A DNA stretch of 64,000 bases, taken from Candidatus Kaiserbacteria bacterium. Its GTDB lineage: Bacteria; Patescibacteriota; Minisyncoccia; Phycocordibacterales; Phycocordibacteraceae. The stretch covers positions 10,669-74,668 of the forward strand of contig JACQBN010000018.1 of assembly GCA_016194455.1 (NCBI GenBank). The letters are read 5' to 3'. How positions within the stretch are numbered: position 1 is the stretch's first letter; each line of letters starts with the position of its first letter. The notes beneath the pieces were generated by a model that was not told where the DNA came from, did no database searches, and worked only from the letters and a program-made list of their open reading frames with translations. The position numbers and the translations under genes were made by a program. Below, one piece after another: positions 37,468 through 46,907 of the stretch.

Positions 37468-38178
37468 ATGGCCGAATCGGAGCAGAAAGTGAAGCGGCTC
37501 CTCTTACTCGCGGCTGCGCTCCTTATAGCAGCAAGCTTTTTTATGTACCGAGCGATAGTGGCGCCACGCGAGCTTCGAGTCTTTGTGCCGAACGTCGGGG
37601 CAAAAGGAGATTCTGTTGTAGTAGAAACGCCGAGCGGCAAAACGCTTTTGATCGACGCCGGTCCCGACGCGAGCGTGCTGCGGGCGCTCGGCAGTACGCT
37701 GCCCGAGTGGCGGCGGCGCATCGATGCTGTGGTGCTCACAAGCCCGATCGCTATGGCGAGTGGAGGATTACCGGAGATATTTTATCGTTATCACGTCGAC
37801 GTGCTGTTTCGCTCTGGCGTGCGGGGCTCAAAAAGCACTGAAGCTACTCTCGCCGCGGCGGCAGGTGCGGAGCCTGGGCTCCAACAAGTAGAGCTATCCC
37901 GCGGAGCGCGTCTTACGCTTGGCGATGGTGTTATCGTCGACGTCCTCTGGCCTGGCGCAGATATCGGCGCGATGAAACCGGCGAACTCTGCGCTCGTGCT
38001 CCGTTTCTCCTACGGCACCACTGCTTTTATTATTGAAGAAAATTTATCGCCAGGCGCCGCCGCTTGGCTCGCGACGCTCGATCCGGGCGCGGTTCCCTCG
38101 CCGACTAGTTTATTTATCTCCTCAAGCACACCCGCAGGTGTCTACACATCAAACGGCCGCGAGATTTTAAAAAAGTGA
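37468..38178 (+). CDS. Stand-alone ComEC-type metallo-beta-lactamase-fold domain, metal site degenerate
   Basis: NVGAKGDS, LLIDAGP, IDAVVLTSP, NSALVLR; HxHxDH absent. Confidence 0.8.
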   Translation: MAESEQKVKRLLLLAAALLIAASFFMYRAIVAPRELRVFVPNVGAKGDSVVVETPSGKTLLIDAGPDASVLRALGSTLPEWRRRIDAVVLTSPIAMASGGLPEIFYRYHVDVLFRSGVRGSKSTEATLAAAAGAEPGLQQVELSRGARLTLGDGVIVDVLWPGADIGAMKPANSALVLRFSYGTTAFIIEENLSPGAAAWLATLDPGAVPSPTSLFISSSTPAGVYTSNGREILKK

Positions 38179-38179
38179 T

Positions 38180-38422
38180 TTAGAGAACGCCAGCTCGCTT
38201 CAGCGCAGTGTAGGCGCCGTTCTTTTTGATCGTCTTCAAGCCCTTGACCGAGACGTCCACGATGATCGTCTTGCCGATCTCGGGCACATAAATGCGGCGG
38301 CGCTGAAGGTTAGACTTTCGGCGGGTCTTCCCGACCGGGTTAAATTGCGTCGCGCGGGTACGGTTAGAGTACCGCCCGCCTACCTGCGTGCTCTTCCCCG
38401 TGATGTCGCAGCTCCTCGCCAT
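38180..38422 (-). CDS. rpmB: 50S ribosomal protein L28
   Basis: MARSCDITGK, TRRKSNLQ, VSVKGLKT. Confidence 0.9.
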   Translation of the reverse strand: MARSCDITGKSTQVGGRYSNRTRATQFNPVGKTRRKSNLQRRRIYVPEIGKTIIVDVSVKGLKTIKKNGAYTALKRAGVL

Positions 38423-38459
38423 AGTCGCCGCATGGTAGCATACGCCGTACCCTACGCCA

Positions 38460-39104
38460 ATGCTGATCGCTCTCACCATCGTCGTGCTCATCTTCTCGAT
38501 TATCGCGCACGAGGTCGCGCACGGCTACGCCGCTGATGCGCTCGGGGACCCGACCGCGCGGCTTGCGGGGCGTCTCACCCTCAACCCGCTGCCGCACCTC
38601 GACTTGATGGGCTCTATCCTTATCCCCGCGCTTCTCATCTTCTCGGGCTCGCCGATCCTCTTCGGCTGGGCGAAGCCGGTGCCCTACAATCCGTTTAATC
38701 TGCGTGGCCCTTGGGGCTTGCCTGCGCAGGCAGGCGAATTCCTCGTCGCGATCGCGGGCGCCGCGACTAACATCGTGCTGGCGATTATTTTCGGCCTCAT
38801 CGCCCGCTGGGCCGGCGGGGCGGGGCTCCCCGCAAGCGCCGTAGCGCTCGCAGGCACCATCGCGTTCGTGAATCTCTTCTTGGGGATGTTCAACCTCATT
38901 CCGTTCCCTCCCTTGGACGGCTTCACCGCACTCCGCTCCGCGCTCCCCTGGGATATCTCCGCCCGCTTCGTCCGCTTTGAAGCCCGGGTCCGCGCTTCGG
39001 GCTCCCTCGCGCTCATCCTCTTCCTGCTCGTCTTCTCCTACGTCCTTGCCAACCCCTTTTTTAATTTGGTCTCCTGGACCTTCCGCCTCATCGTGGGCAG
39101 CTAA
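38460..39104 (+). CDS. Site-2 protease (M50)
   Basis: HEVAH, GRLTLNPLPH, NLIPFPPLDG. Confidence 0.93.
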   Translation: MLIALTIVVLIFSIIAHEVAHGYAADALGDPTARLAGRLTLNPLPHLDLMGSILIPALLIFSGSPILFGWAKPVPYNPFNLRGPWGLPAQAGEFLVAIAGAATNIVLAIIFGLIARWAGGAGLPASAVALAGTIAFVNLFLGMFNLIPFPPLDGFTALRSALPWDISARFVRFEARVRASGSLALILFLLVFSYVLANPFFNLVSWTFRLIVGS

Positions 39105-39127
39105 CCTAGAAAAACGATTCGGCAGAT

Positions 39128-39553
39128 CTAGCCGGTGCGTTTGGGGGCGAAGCGGCCGCCGAGGACGATGGCGAGCGTGACGACGCTGTAGATGATGCCG
39201 AGGAGGCGCGCGGCGCCCTCGCGCGAGAGCTCGGTGCCCACCGGCATCGGGATCGGGAAGACGAAGACGAGGAGGGCGGCGGCAATCGGGACGAAGTAAT
39301 AGCTAAACTTAAGCCACCTCTTGAACTCTGTTTCGCTTGCGAAAAAGAGGACAGCCGCGACCAGCGCGAGCCACTCGCCAATGGAGAGAAGAGGCAGGCC
39401 AACATTCACACCAGTATCAACTTGGCAGATCCAAGAGACATTGTCCGCGCCACGACAAAGTCCATATGGTAAGGGGTTGGCGAAAAAAGTGCCGACAAAA
39501 TAAAAAACTGCGGCGATAAGAAGGAGTGAGAGTTTTAGATAGATATTCTTCAT
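39128..39553 (-). CDS. Small 4-TM membrane protein, candidate immunity protein
   Basis: ATGA overlap with the lipase stop; two Cys in the predicted outer loop; AT-rich 5' half. Confidence 0.65.
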   Translation of the reverse strand: MKNIYLKLSLLLIAAVFYFVGTFFANPLPYGLCRGADNVSWICQVDTGVNVGLPLLSIGEWLALVAAVLFFASETEFKRWLKFSYYFVPIAAALLVFVFPIPMPVGTELSREGAARLLGIIYSVVTLAIVLGGRFAPKRTG

Positions 39554-42441
39554 GGGCTGAGCAGACCCACTAGTTGTAGCATGAAGAGGGCCTGCGCTTG
39601 TGTGATCTGCTTGCCCGACTGTGCGTTAATCAAGCTCTGCAGATTGCTCAAGGCGCCCCGGAGCACTTCCTTTTTGCTGCCAAGATTCGCCTCCACTTTG
39701 TCGAGCGCCTTGCTGAGATCGGTTTTGACCCCCTGCGCTGCGCCTAGCGTATTGATATACGAGCGCAGGTAGGCAATCAGCTGGGTCGGCGAGAGTACGG
39801 GAGCTCCTGGGGTGTAGGTGAAGTCGCTTGAACCGTTGCCGTCTTCGTCTACCGAAACCGCACCCACGGTGCCGTTACTGACCGAGAACGTAGCGGTGGT
39901 GGAGGCGATAAGCGGAATATTGCGGAAGGAGACGGTCGTGCTCGCCGAGCCGTCGGCCTGTTCCGCGCCAACGTTCAAGGTCGCGTAGCCGCCGGCGTAG
40001 GCCTGCATCGAGATCGTGTAGCTCCCGCCGGCGGGCAGATAGAGATACTCCTCGTCGCCGAAGGTCTGCACCGAGCTGCCCGGTACGTCCTCAAGGAGAC
40101 CGGTAAAGTCGGTCCCGGGCATCGGTAGAATCCCCGTTCTGTTCCCGCTCGCGTCAGTTGCGACAATGTTCACGGGCGAGCGGGTACTGATTATGGTAAT
40201 TGGATTTAATCCGCCTGGCGGTCTAGTCGATGAAATAAATGACCCGAGAGAATTTTTGCCTTCAAGAATAGATTCGACGATGTTTTGAATTGGAGAGGCA
40301 GCGGTCAAGTTTTGATGAACAATATTTTTTCTAGTCGCGTGGAAAAACGCTGAAGTGTCAAAATAAGCTTTACCTGCAGTATCCCCAAGCGCGCTGGCGT
40401 CGATGACGGTGTCGTCGCCGTCCTGCGTGTTGACCGGGGCGTGCTCGAGCACTTGCCTCACGCCGCACGAGAAGACGCCGGAGACCGAATCGCAGGAATA
40501 TTTCGTGCCGGTGGTGTAGGCGAGGGTCTTGAGCGTCTTCTGCCCCCAACCGGCGATGGCGGTCACCGCGATGCCTGACGGCGGCGTCCAGGCGTCGAGC
40601 TGCGCGTGGGTCGCCTGGGCCTTTTGCAGCAGCGTGGGCGAGAGAGCGAGAGGCGTCGTGAGCGCGCCCGGATCGCCCACCGTTGCATCAAGATGAGCGG
40701 GGTCGCTTAAGAAGTTCGCGAGCGCGCTGTAGTTGGTGGTTGTTGCGCCGTAACTCTCCGCGTACTTCCCCGCGAGCGAGGTCGCGTCGAAGGTGGCGAC
40801 CGGGTCGGCAATGCGAGCGAAGTACGCGGGCGCCGGTAAGAGGCCGAAGGCGCCCGGCATCGTGCTCGCGACGGCGCGCGCAGCCGTTTGATTGATAATG
40901 AGACTCGGAATATCGGCGAAGTTGTCGGCGTGGAGGAGCGCGCCAATGCTCGAAGGCGTGCCGTATTGCGGCGTGCCGATCATGATGATGCGGTCGATAT
41001 ACTTGGGCGCGTCCGCCCCGAGCGTGATTGCAAGCGCCTTGGCGAGGAGGCCGCCGTTACTGTGCGCGACGATAGTCACCTTGCCGGTGGCCGAGTTGGA
41101 CGCCATCTGCTTCAAGACATCCGCGAGATAGACGCGCGTTATCGAGCCGTCGGGCTGTTCCGTCAGCGTGCCGTTCTGCACAATGTCGAAGACGTCGTAG
41201 CGCCAGTCGTAGGGGTACGCGCGCCACTCCTTGATCGTGCCGGTGGCGACAAGGCCGTCCATAAACTGCTCGAAGGTGCCGTACACCTCGAGCGTGTCGA
41301 AGAGGCCGGCAATGGTACTCGCGCTCCGGTTATGCGCCTGGATTGAGTCCACGATATCTTTTGTGTAAATCTGGGCCTTGCTCGAGCCGTCGGCGTTGAG
41401 CGCAAGCGGCGGGAGATCGGTGGAGAGCGTGGGCTCCCAGAGCTGGTGCTCATTGCCAAGCAAGGTATCACGCGTGTATAAACGGCTTCCTTCAATCCCA
41501 GGCAGGAAGAGGACGCTGGAAACCTTTGGCGCTCCACAGCCGCTCGCGAAGGAGTCGCAGGCGAGGAAGGGAAGGACCGACACCATCGTTGGTTCGTTGA
41601 AGCCGACATTCACAAGGCCGTTCGGGTTCAGCGCCGCCCAATACGGGCCCGACGCGTCGCCCCACCAGTTGTTCTCCATATGGACGGAGAAGGTGCCGAG
41701 ATAGTAATCGAGCGCCGCACCGCGCAGGCCGTCTATGCTGCTTTGGTGCATGAGCAGTGTTGTGGGGGAGGGGCTGCTGCTCGTCCACAAGCGGGCTATG
41801 TAGTTCTCGCCTTGGAAGAGATCGTTCTCGAGATCGAGGAGGCCTTGTGAGCCCATATAGACCTGATAGCCAGGAACGTTTTCAAAAACGCTGTCGGCTA
41901 TAAGCACCCGTGCGCCCGTGAGTACATAGACATTGCCGACATATCCGCCAGAGCTTTGTACTGAAAGGAGGGTGGAGTTTGCATCGCCGGCCACTCCCGC
42001 GTAGCGGAAGCGGATATGCTCGAGCGTGCTCGTGGCGTCCGTACCGGCAAACTGGATTGCGCCCCAGCGATTCTGCTCTGGATCCGTGGCAGTGCCGTCG
42101 CCGTTCGTGTCGCCGCCCACGCTGTCGTCGGCGATGGAGGTGAAGACGACGGTGCTTGAATCGGAGGTGCTCCCGGCATTGAGAGTGCCGTTTACTTCAA
42201 TGGCAGCCTCGCCGAAGGGGTTGTTAAAAAACTTGACGACCACGCCCGGATCAATGGTGAGCGTAGCGCCCGGACTAATCGTAAGCGGCTCCAACACCTC
42301 AATCGGACTCCCGGCAGTCGTCCACTCGGTGTCGGCACTGACGACGACCGGGGCGACGGTCGCCGCCTCCGCGCTCTGCGCGGAGGCGGCGACACCAACG
42401 CACAAAATGGAGCACAAAAGAAAAAGCGTGCGAGCGCGCAT
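39550..42441 (-). CDS. Large secreted protein: beta-rich N-terminus, LCAT/lipase-type alpha/beta hydrolase, C-terminal domains
   Basis: Signal peptide; FLPGIEGSRL, YPYDWR, IVAHSNGG nucleophile elbow, GTPQYG, DGDDTV, H in IVHQNL. Confidence 0.85.
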   Translation of the reverse strand: MRARTLFLLCSILCVGVAASAQSAEAATVAPVVVSADTEWTTAGSPIEVLEPLTISPGATLTIDPGVVVKFFNNPFGEAAIEVNGTLNAGSTSDSSTVVFTSIADDSVGGDTNGDGTATDPEQNRWGAIQFAGTDATSTLEHIRFRYAGVAGDANSTLLSVQSSGGYVGNVYVLTGARVLIADSVFENVPGYQVYMGSQGLLDLENDLFQGENYIARLWTSSSPSPTTLLMHQSSIDGLRGAALDYYLGTFSVHMENNWWGDASGPYWAALNPNGLVNVGFNEPTMVSVLPFLACDSFASGCGAPKVSSVLFLPGIEGSRLYTRDTLLGNEHQLWEPTLSTDLPPLALNADGSSKAQIYTKDIVDSIQAHNRSASTIAGLFDTLEVYGTFEQFMDGLVATGTIKEWRAYPYDWRYDVFDIVQNGTLTEQPDGSITRVYLADVLKQMASNSATGKVTIVAHSNGGLLAKALAITLGADAPKYIDRIIMIGTPQYGTPSSIGALLHADNFADIPSLIINQTAARAVASTMPGAFGLLPAPAYFARIADPVATFDATSLAGKYAESYGATTTNYSALANFLSDPAHLDATVGDPGALTTPLALSPTLLQKAQATHAQLDAWTPPSGIAVTAIAGWGQKTLKTLAYTTGTKYSCDSVSGVFSCGVRQVLEHAPVNTQDGDDTVIDASALGDTAGKAYFDTSAFFHATRKNIVHQNLTAASPIQNIVESILEGKNSLGSFISSTRPPGGLNPITIISTRSPVNIVATDASGNRTGILPMPGTDFTGLLEDVPGSSVQTFGDEEYLYLPAGGSYTISMQAYAGGYATLNVGAEQADGSASTTVSFRNIPLIASTTATFSVSNGTVGAVSVDEDGNGSSDFTYTPGAPVLSPTQLIAYLRSYINTLGAAQGVKTDLSKALDKVEANLGSKKEVLRGALSNLQSLINAQSGKQITQAQALFMLQLVGLLSP

Positions 42442-42465
42442 CGGGCACATGATACTATGATGCTG

Positions 42466-42885
42466 ATGGAATACCAGGTTCCGCAGTTCATCGAGGTCGA
42501 GGACAAGATCGTCGGCCCACTTACCCTGCGGCAGTTCATCTACCTCGCGGGCGCGGGCGGGCTCTGCGTCATTTTCTTCTTCCTCCTGCCCCTTATTTTC
42601 GCTCTTATCCTCTCGGTTCCAGTCGCTGCGCTCGGGGCTGCGCTTGCCTTCTATCGGGTGAATAGCAAACCATTCATCGAGGTGCTCGAGTCGGCCTTTG
42701 GCTACTACACCTCCTCGCATCTCTTCCTCTGGAAGCATCAGGAGCCGAAGGCCGGCGCCGCAGCGGCGCCGGCCCCAACCACCGCTCCCTTGCCCGCGCG
42801 CGGTACGCCGCGGCTCACGCGCGGCAAGCTCTCGGAGCTCTCCTGGTCGCTCGATGTCAAGAAACCAGAGTCGCTCAAGCCCTGA
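42466..42885 (+). CDS. PrgI-family (VirB3-like) membrane protein
   Basis: YQVPQFIEVEDKIVGPLTLRQF followed by two TM segments. Confidence 0.85.
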   Translation: MEYQVPQFIEVEDKIVGPLTLRQFIYLAGAGGLCVIFFFLLPLIFALILSVPVAALGAALAFYRVNSKPFIEVLESAFGYYTSSHLFLWKHQEPKAGAAAAPAPTTAPLPARGTPRLTRGKLSELSWSLDVKKPESLKP

Positions 42886-42887
42886 CC

Positions 42888-43544
42888 ATGGCCACCAAAC
42901 CCGCTGGCGCGACGCAGAACTTTGTTCCGATCAAGGAGATCCGGAACGGCATTGTCGTGCTGAAAGACGCCGGCTATCGGGGGATTCTCATTTGTTCTTC
43001 TATCAACTTTGGCCTTAAATCCGCGGATGAGCAGCGCGCGATTACGCTTGGATTCCAGAACTTCCTCAACACGATAGACTTCTCGATCCAGATCGTCGTC
43101 AACTCGCGCCGCATGGATCTGCGGCCCTATCTCGCCCTCCTCGCCGAGAAGGCGCCCGAGCAGCGCACCGAGCTCATGCGCATCCAGCTGCGGGAGTACC
43201 AGGAGTTCATCCGCTCCTTCGCCGAGCAGTCCAACATCATGACGAAATCTTTCTATATCGTCGTACCGTACGCGCCGCGCGTCGAGCTCGGAAAGACCGC
43301 AGCGGGGCTCCTCGGCCGGCGCCAGAACGCATCGGGCGCCGCTGCGGTGGCCGAGAGCTCCTTCGAGGAAGATCGTGCGCAGCTCGAGCAGCGTCTCGCG
43401 CTCGTCTCTGGCGCGCTCTCGGGGACGGGGGTGCGCGCAATCCCGCTTGGGACCGAGGAGATCATCGAGCTCCTCTATCGCTCCTTCAATCCGGGTGAGC
43501 TCGAGAATCCGATCCGCCTTGAATCCTACTATGGCACTTCTTGA
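42888..43544 (+). CDS. VirB4/TraC N-terminal-like protein
   Basis: SSINFGLKSADEQ..., FYIVVPY; lies between prgI and virB4. Confidence 0.7.
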   Translation: MATKPAGATQNFVPIKEIRNGIVVLKDAGYRGILICSSINFGLKSADEQRAITLGFQNFLNTIDFSIQIVVNSRRMDLRPYLALLAEKAPEQRTELMRIQLREYQEFIRSFAEQSNIMTKSFYIVVPYAPRVELGKTAAGLLGRRQNASGAAAVAESSFEEDRAQLEQRLALVSGALSGTGVRAIPLGTEEIIELLYRSFNPGELENPIRLESYYGTS

Positions 43545-45348
43545 TTTCATCAACCGCAGGAAGCAAGAGGAGCCGAAGGTCGTTCCGGTCTTGCCGAGAG
43601 ACATTTACAAACAAGGCGCGCTCGACCTCGTCGACACCATCGCGCCCTCCGCGCTTAAGATCGGTGCGCGCGAAATAGAGCTCGGCGAGAAGTTCGTCCG
43701 CTCTTTCTATACTATCTCGTATCCGCGCTTCCTCGCTGACGGCTGGTTCTCGCCCATTGTCAACTTGGACCAAGTGCTTGATATCGCGATCTTCATCCAT
43801 CCCGTCGAGACCGCCTCCGCGCTGCGCGACTTCCAAAAGAAGGTGGCGGAGGTGCAGAGCCAGATCAATGAACGAGAAGCGCGCGGGCTTGTGCGCGATC
43901 CTTTGCTCGATACGGCGTACCAGGATCTCGAGAGCCTGCGCGACAACTTGCAACAGGCGCAGGAGAAACTCTTTGAGGTTGGGCTCTACCTCTCGCTGTA
44001 TGGCGATTCTAAAGAGGCGATAGACAAAATAGAGGGTGACATCCGCGGCATCCTCGATGCGAAGCTCGTCTACACCAAGCCCGCGCTTTTCCAACAAGAA
44101 CAAGGATTCCGTTCCTGTCTCGCGCTCGGCACCGACGAGCTCCTCGTCAATTCAAAGCTGAACTCTTCGCCGCTCTCCTCGATCTTCCCTTTTGTCTCGT
44201 TTGACTTGACCTCCGACCGAGGAATTCTGTACGGGATAAACAGACACAACTCTTCGCTCATCCTCTTCGACCGCTTCTCCCTCGAGAACTATAATTCTGT
44301 CGTCTTCGCGAAGTCGGGCTCGGGGAAGTCCTACGCGACCAAGCTTGAGATCTTGCGCTCGCTGATGTTCGGCACGGATGTCATCGTGATTGACCCTGAG
44401 CGCGAGTACGAGCAGCTCGCGGAGGCGACCGGCGGCCGCTCCTTCCATATCTCGCTCTCAAGCGAGCACCACATCAATCCGTTTGATCTGCCCCCGGTCA
44501 AAGAAGACGAGGACCCGAAGGACATTCTCCGGAGCAACATCATCAATCTCGTCGGTCTCTTCCGCATCATGCTGGGCGGTCTCTCGCCGGAAGAAGACGC
44601 GATTATCGACCGCGCCATCAGCGAGACCTACGCGCTCAAGGACATCACCGGCGACGCCGACTTCACCGGCGCAGAGGTACCTTTGCTCGCCGACTTTGAA
44701 CAAGTGCTCTCGGGGATGGAGGGGAGTGAATCCTTGGTCCAGCGTCTTTCCAAATACACGCAGGGGACGTGGGCGGGCTTTATGAATCAGCCGACCAATA
44801 TTGATATCAACCAGCAGTTCGTCGTCTTCTCCGTGCGCGACATGGAGGATGAGTTGAAGCCGGTCGCGATGTATGTGGTCACGCACTACATCTGGAACGC
44901 CATACGCCATGAGCTCAAGAAGCGTCTCCTCGTGATCGACGAGGCGTGGTGGATGATGAAGAGCGAAGACACCGCTTCCTTCCTCTATTCCGTCGCGAAG
45001 CGCGGAAGAAAGTATTATCTCGGAGTCGCGACCATCACCCAGGACGTTGAAGACTTCCTTAAGAGCCCCTACGGCCGGCCGATCCTCACGAACTCCTCCA
45101 TCCAACTGCTCCTCAAACAGTCGCCGACGACCATTGATCTCCTGCAGCAGACCTTCAATCTCACGGAAGAAGAAAAATACCTGCTGCTTGAGGCAGGAGT
45201 CGGCGAGGGGCTCTTCTTCGCGGGCCTCAAGCACGTCGCGATAAAGATCGAGGCGAGCTACACCGAGGATCAAATCATCACCTCCGACCCGTCCCAGCTC
45301 TTGGCGATAAAGGCGGAGAAGGAGCGCTATGCCTCTCAACAAAAGTAG
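43531..45348 (+). CDS. virB4: VirB4-family T4SS ATPase
   Basis: Walker A AKSGSGKS, VIDPEREY, INPFD, Walker B VIDEAW, KRGRKY, ITQ. Confidence 0.9.
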   Translation: MALLDFINRRKQEEPKVVPVLPRDIYKQGALDLVDTIAPSALKIGAREIELGEKFVRSFYTISYPRFLADGWFSPIVNLDQVLDIAIFIHPVETASALRDFQKKVAEVQSQINEREARGLVRDPLLDTAYQDLESLRDNLQQAQEKLFEVGLYLSLYGDSKEAIDKIEGDIRGILDAKLVYTKPALFQQEQGFRSCLALGTDELLVNSKLNSSPLSSIFPFVSFDLTSDRGILYGINRHNSSLILFDRFSLENYNSVVFAKSGSGKSYATKLEILRSLMFGTDVIVIDPEREYEQLAEATGGRSFHISLSSEHHINPFDLPPVKEDEDPKDILRSNIINLVGLFRIMLGGLSPEEDAIIDRAISETYALKDITGDADFTGAEVPLLADFEQVLSGMEGSESLVQRLSKYTQGTWAGFMNQPTNIDINQQFVVFSVRDMEDELKPVAMYVVTHYIWNAIRHELKKRLLVIDEAWWMMKSEDTASFLYSVAKRGRKYYLGVATITQDVEDFLKSPYGRPILTNSSIQLLLKQSPTTIDLLQQTFNLTEEEKYLLLEAGVGEGLFFAGLKHVAIKIEASYTEDQIITSDPSQLLAIKAEKERYASQQK

Positions 45349-45907
45349 CCCGCGCCCCAAGGTAATGACCTGGAAGAAGGCACTGCCCATTCTTGCTCTC
45401 GCGGGGATTTTCGATGCGATCCGCTTCGCATTTGAACAATTTTGGCTCTTCGGGCCCATTCTCGTCGGCACTGCCACAAACAGTTTCTTTGGTGGTGGGG
45501 CGATCGGAGGTGTGGCGGGAAGCATTGCTGGCAAAACATCTTTTCTCGCGGGCCCCGAGCTTGAGGTTTTCGGCATCGTGATGGCAGCCGTGGTCGGACT
45601 CGCGGGGTGGGGAACAATCGGCTTTTTACTTCTTGTATTCAATCAGCGCTTTTTTAAAGCGAACGCATCAAATACCCTCTGGTTCCTCTCTAGTCTGGTC
45701 GTGAGCGAGATACCGATCGTCGGGAGCGTCCCCGCACTTTTCGCTGCGACCTTCAAGGGCTATCATTCGCAAATAAAAAGAGAAAAAGCGGCGCTGAAGC
45801 GCTGGGAGAAAGAGCGAACCGAGATGCAAAAGAGAAATCGGGACGCGCGGCTCGCCGAGCAGTATGCAGCGGCAGAACAAAATGAGCTGGCAGAGGCGAT
45901 ATACTAG
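45329..45907 (+). CDS. Membrane protein with a glycine-zipper-like segment and coiled-coil tail
   Basis: GGGAIGGVAGSIAG, 3-4 TM segments; overlaps the virB4 end. Confidence 0.7.
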   Translation: MPLNKSSPRPKVMTWKKALPILALAGIFDAIRFAFEQFWLFGPILVGTATNSFFGGGAIGGVAGSIAGKTSFLAGPELEVFGIVMAAVVGLAGWGTIGFLLLVFNQRFFKANASNTLWFLSSLVVSEIPIVGSVPALFAATFKGYHSQIKREKAALKRWEKERTEMQKRNRDARLAEQYAAAEQNELAEAIY

Positions 45908-45911
45908 AAGC

Positions 45912-46907
45912 ATGAGTCTTTGCGCGCAGCTAGCGTTCTTCGCGGCAATTACCGCGGCTCTGCTCCTGCCCGCAAGCGCGCTCGCGCAATCTCTTGTAGT
46001 CCCGTCGGGGCTTACTCTGACAGTCTCCCCGCAGTACCCGACGCCCTACGGGGAAGTCCTTATTACTCCGCTCTCGACGACTTTTGATCTCGTCAACGCC
46101 TCGTACACGCTCTCGGCCAACGGGAACGTCGTTTATCGCGGCAACGCGAAGCCCTTCGCGGTGGCCCTCGGCGCGGCAGGCAGCGTCACGAGCGTGAAGG
46201 CAATGGTCACGGGCAGCGGTGGCAGCGTGAGCCAGAGCATCTCAATCCGCCCGCAGGATGTTGCGCTCGTCGCCGAACCACTCTCGTCAGTCCCGCCGCT
46301 CTACCCGGGCAAGGCGCTCGTTCCGCTTGAGGGGAGCGTGCGGGTCGTCGCGGTTGCGAATTTGCGCTCGAAGGCCGGCAAGCAGGTTGATCCTTCGGCG
46401 CTCTCCTACGACTGGACGCTCGACGGCACCGAGCTCGCGGGCTCCTCCGGCATCGGCAAGAGCTCGATCACCGTCGCTTCGCCGCTCCAGTATCGCGCGG
46501 GCAGAGTCTCGGTCGTCGTGAAGAGCCAGGATGGTGCGCTCGCGAGCGGCGACTTGCTCTCGCTCACGCCCGTAGAGCCCTCGGTGCGTGTCTACGAGGA
46601 CGATCCTCTGCTCGGCGTGCGCTTCGAGCGGGCGCTTGCGGGCTCCTACGCGCTTGCAGGAGCAGAGACCACCCTCTATGCGGTCCCGTACTCCTTCCCG
46701 CTTGCGCTCGGCGCGCCCGTCCTCCACTGGTTCCTCAACGGCAGCGCAGCGCAGACCGGCGACTTCGTTACGCTGCGGCCCACGGGGAGCGGAGGAGGGA
46801 GCGCAAATGTCTCCCTGACCGCTACTGCGGGGGACTTCGCGCGCGCGAGCGCTGTGCTCTCGCTTACCTTCAACGCAAACGCGAGCGCTACTCTCTTCGG
46901 ACTATGA
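45912..46907 (+). CDS. Secreted beta-sandwich (Ig-like) protein
   Basis: Signal peptide ending ALA|QS; YDWTLDG and WFLNG motifs. Confidence 0.7.
   Translation: MSLCAQLAFFAAITAALLLPASALAQSLVVPSGLTLTVSPQYPTPYGEVLITPLSTTFDLVNASYTLSANGNVVYRGNAKPFAVALGAAGSVTSVKAMVTGSGGSVSQSISIRPQDVALVAEPLSSVPPLYPGKALVPLEGSVRVVAVANLRSKAGKQVDPSALSYDWTLDGTELAGSSGIGKSSITVASPLQYRAGRVSVVVKSQDGALASGDLLSLTPVEPSVRVYEDDPLLGVRFERALAGSYALAGAETTLYAVPYSFPLALGAPVLHWFLNGSAAQTGDFVTLRPTGSGGGSANVSLTATAGDFARASAVLSLTFNANASATLFGL

Noticed and set aside
42442..42738. N-terminal extension of the lipase ORF in the track (1062 aa)
   Set aside because: Overlaps prgI on the opposite strand; the signal peptide begins at Met 42441.
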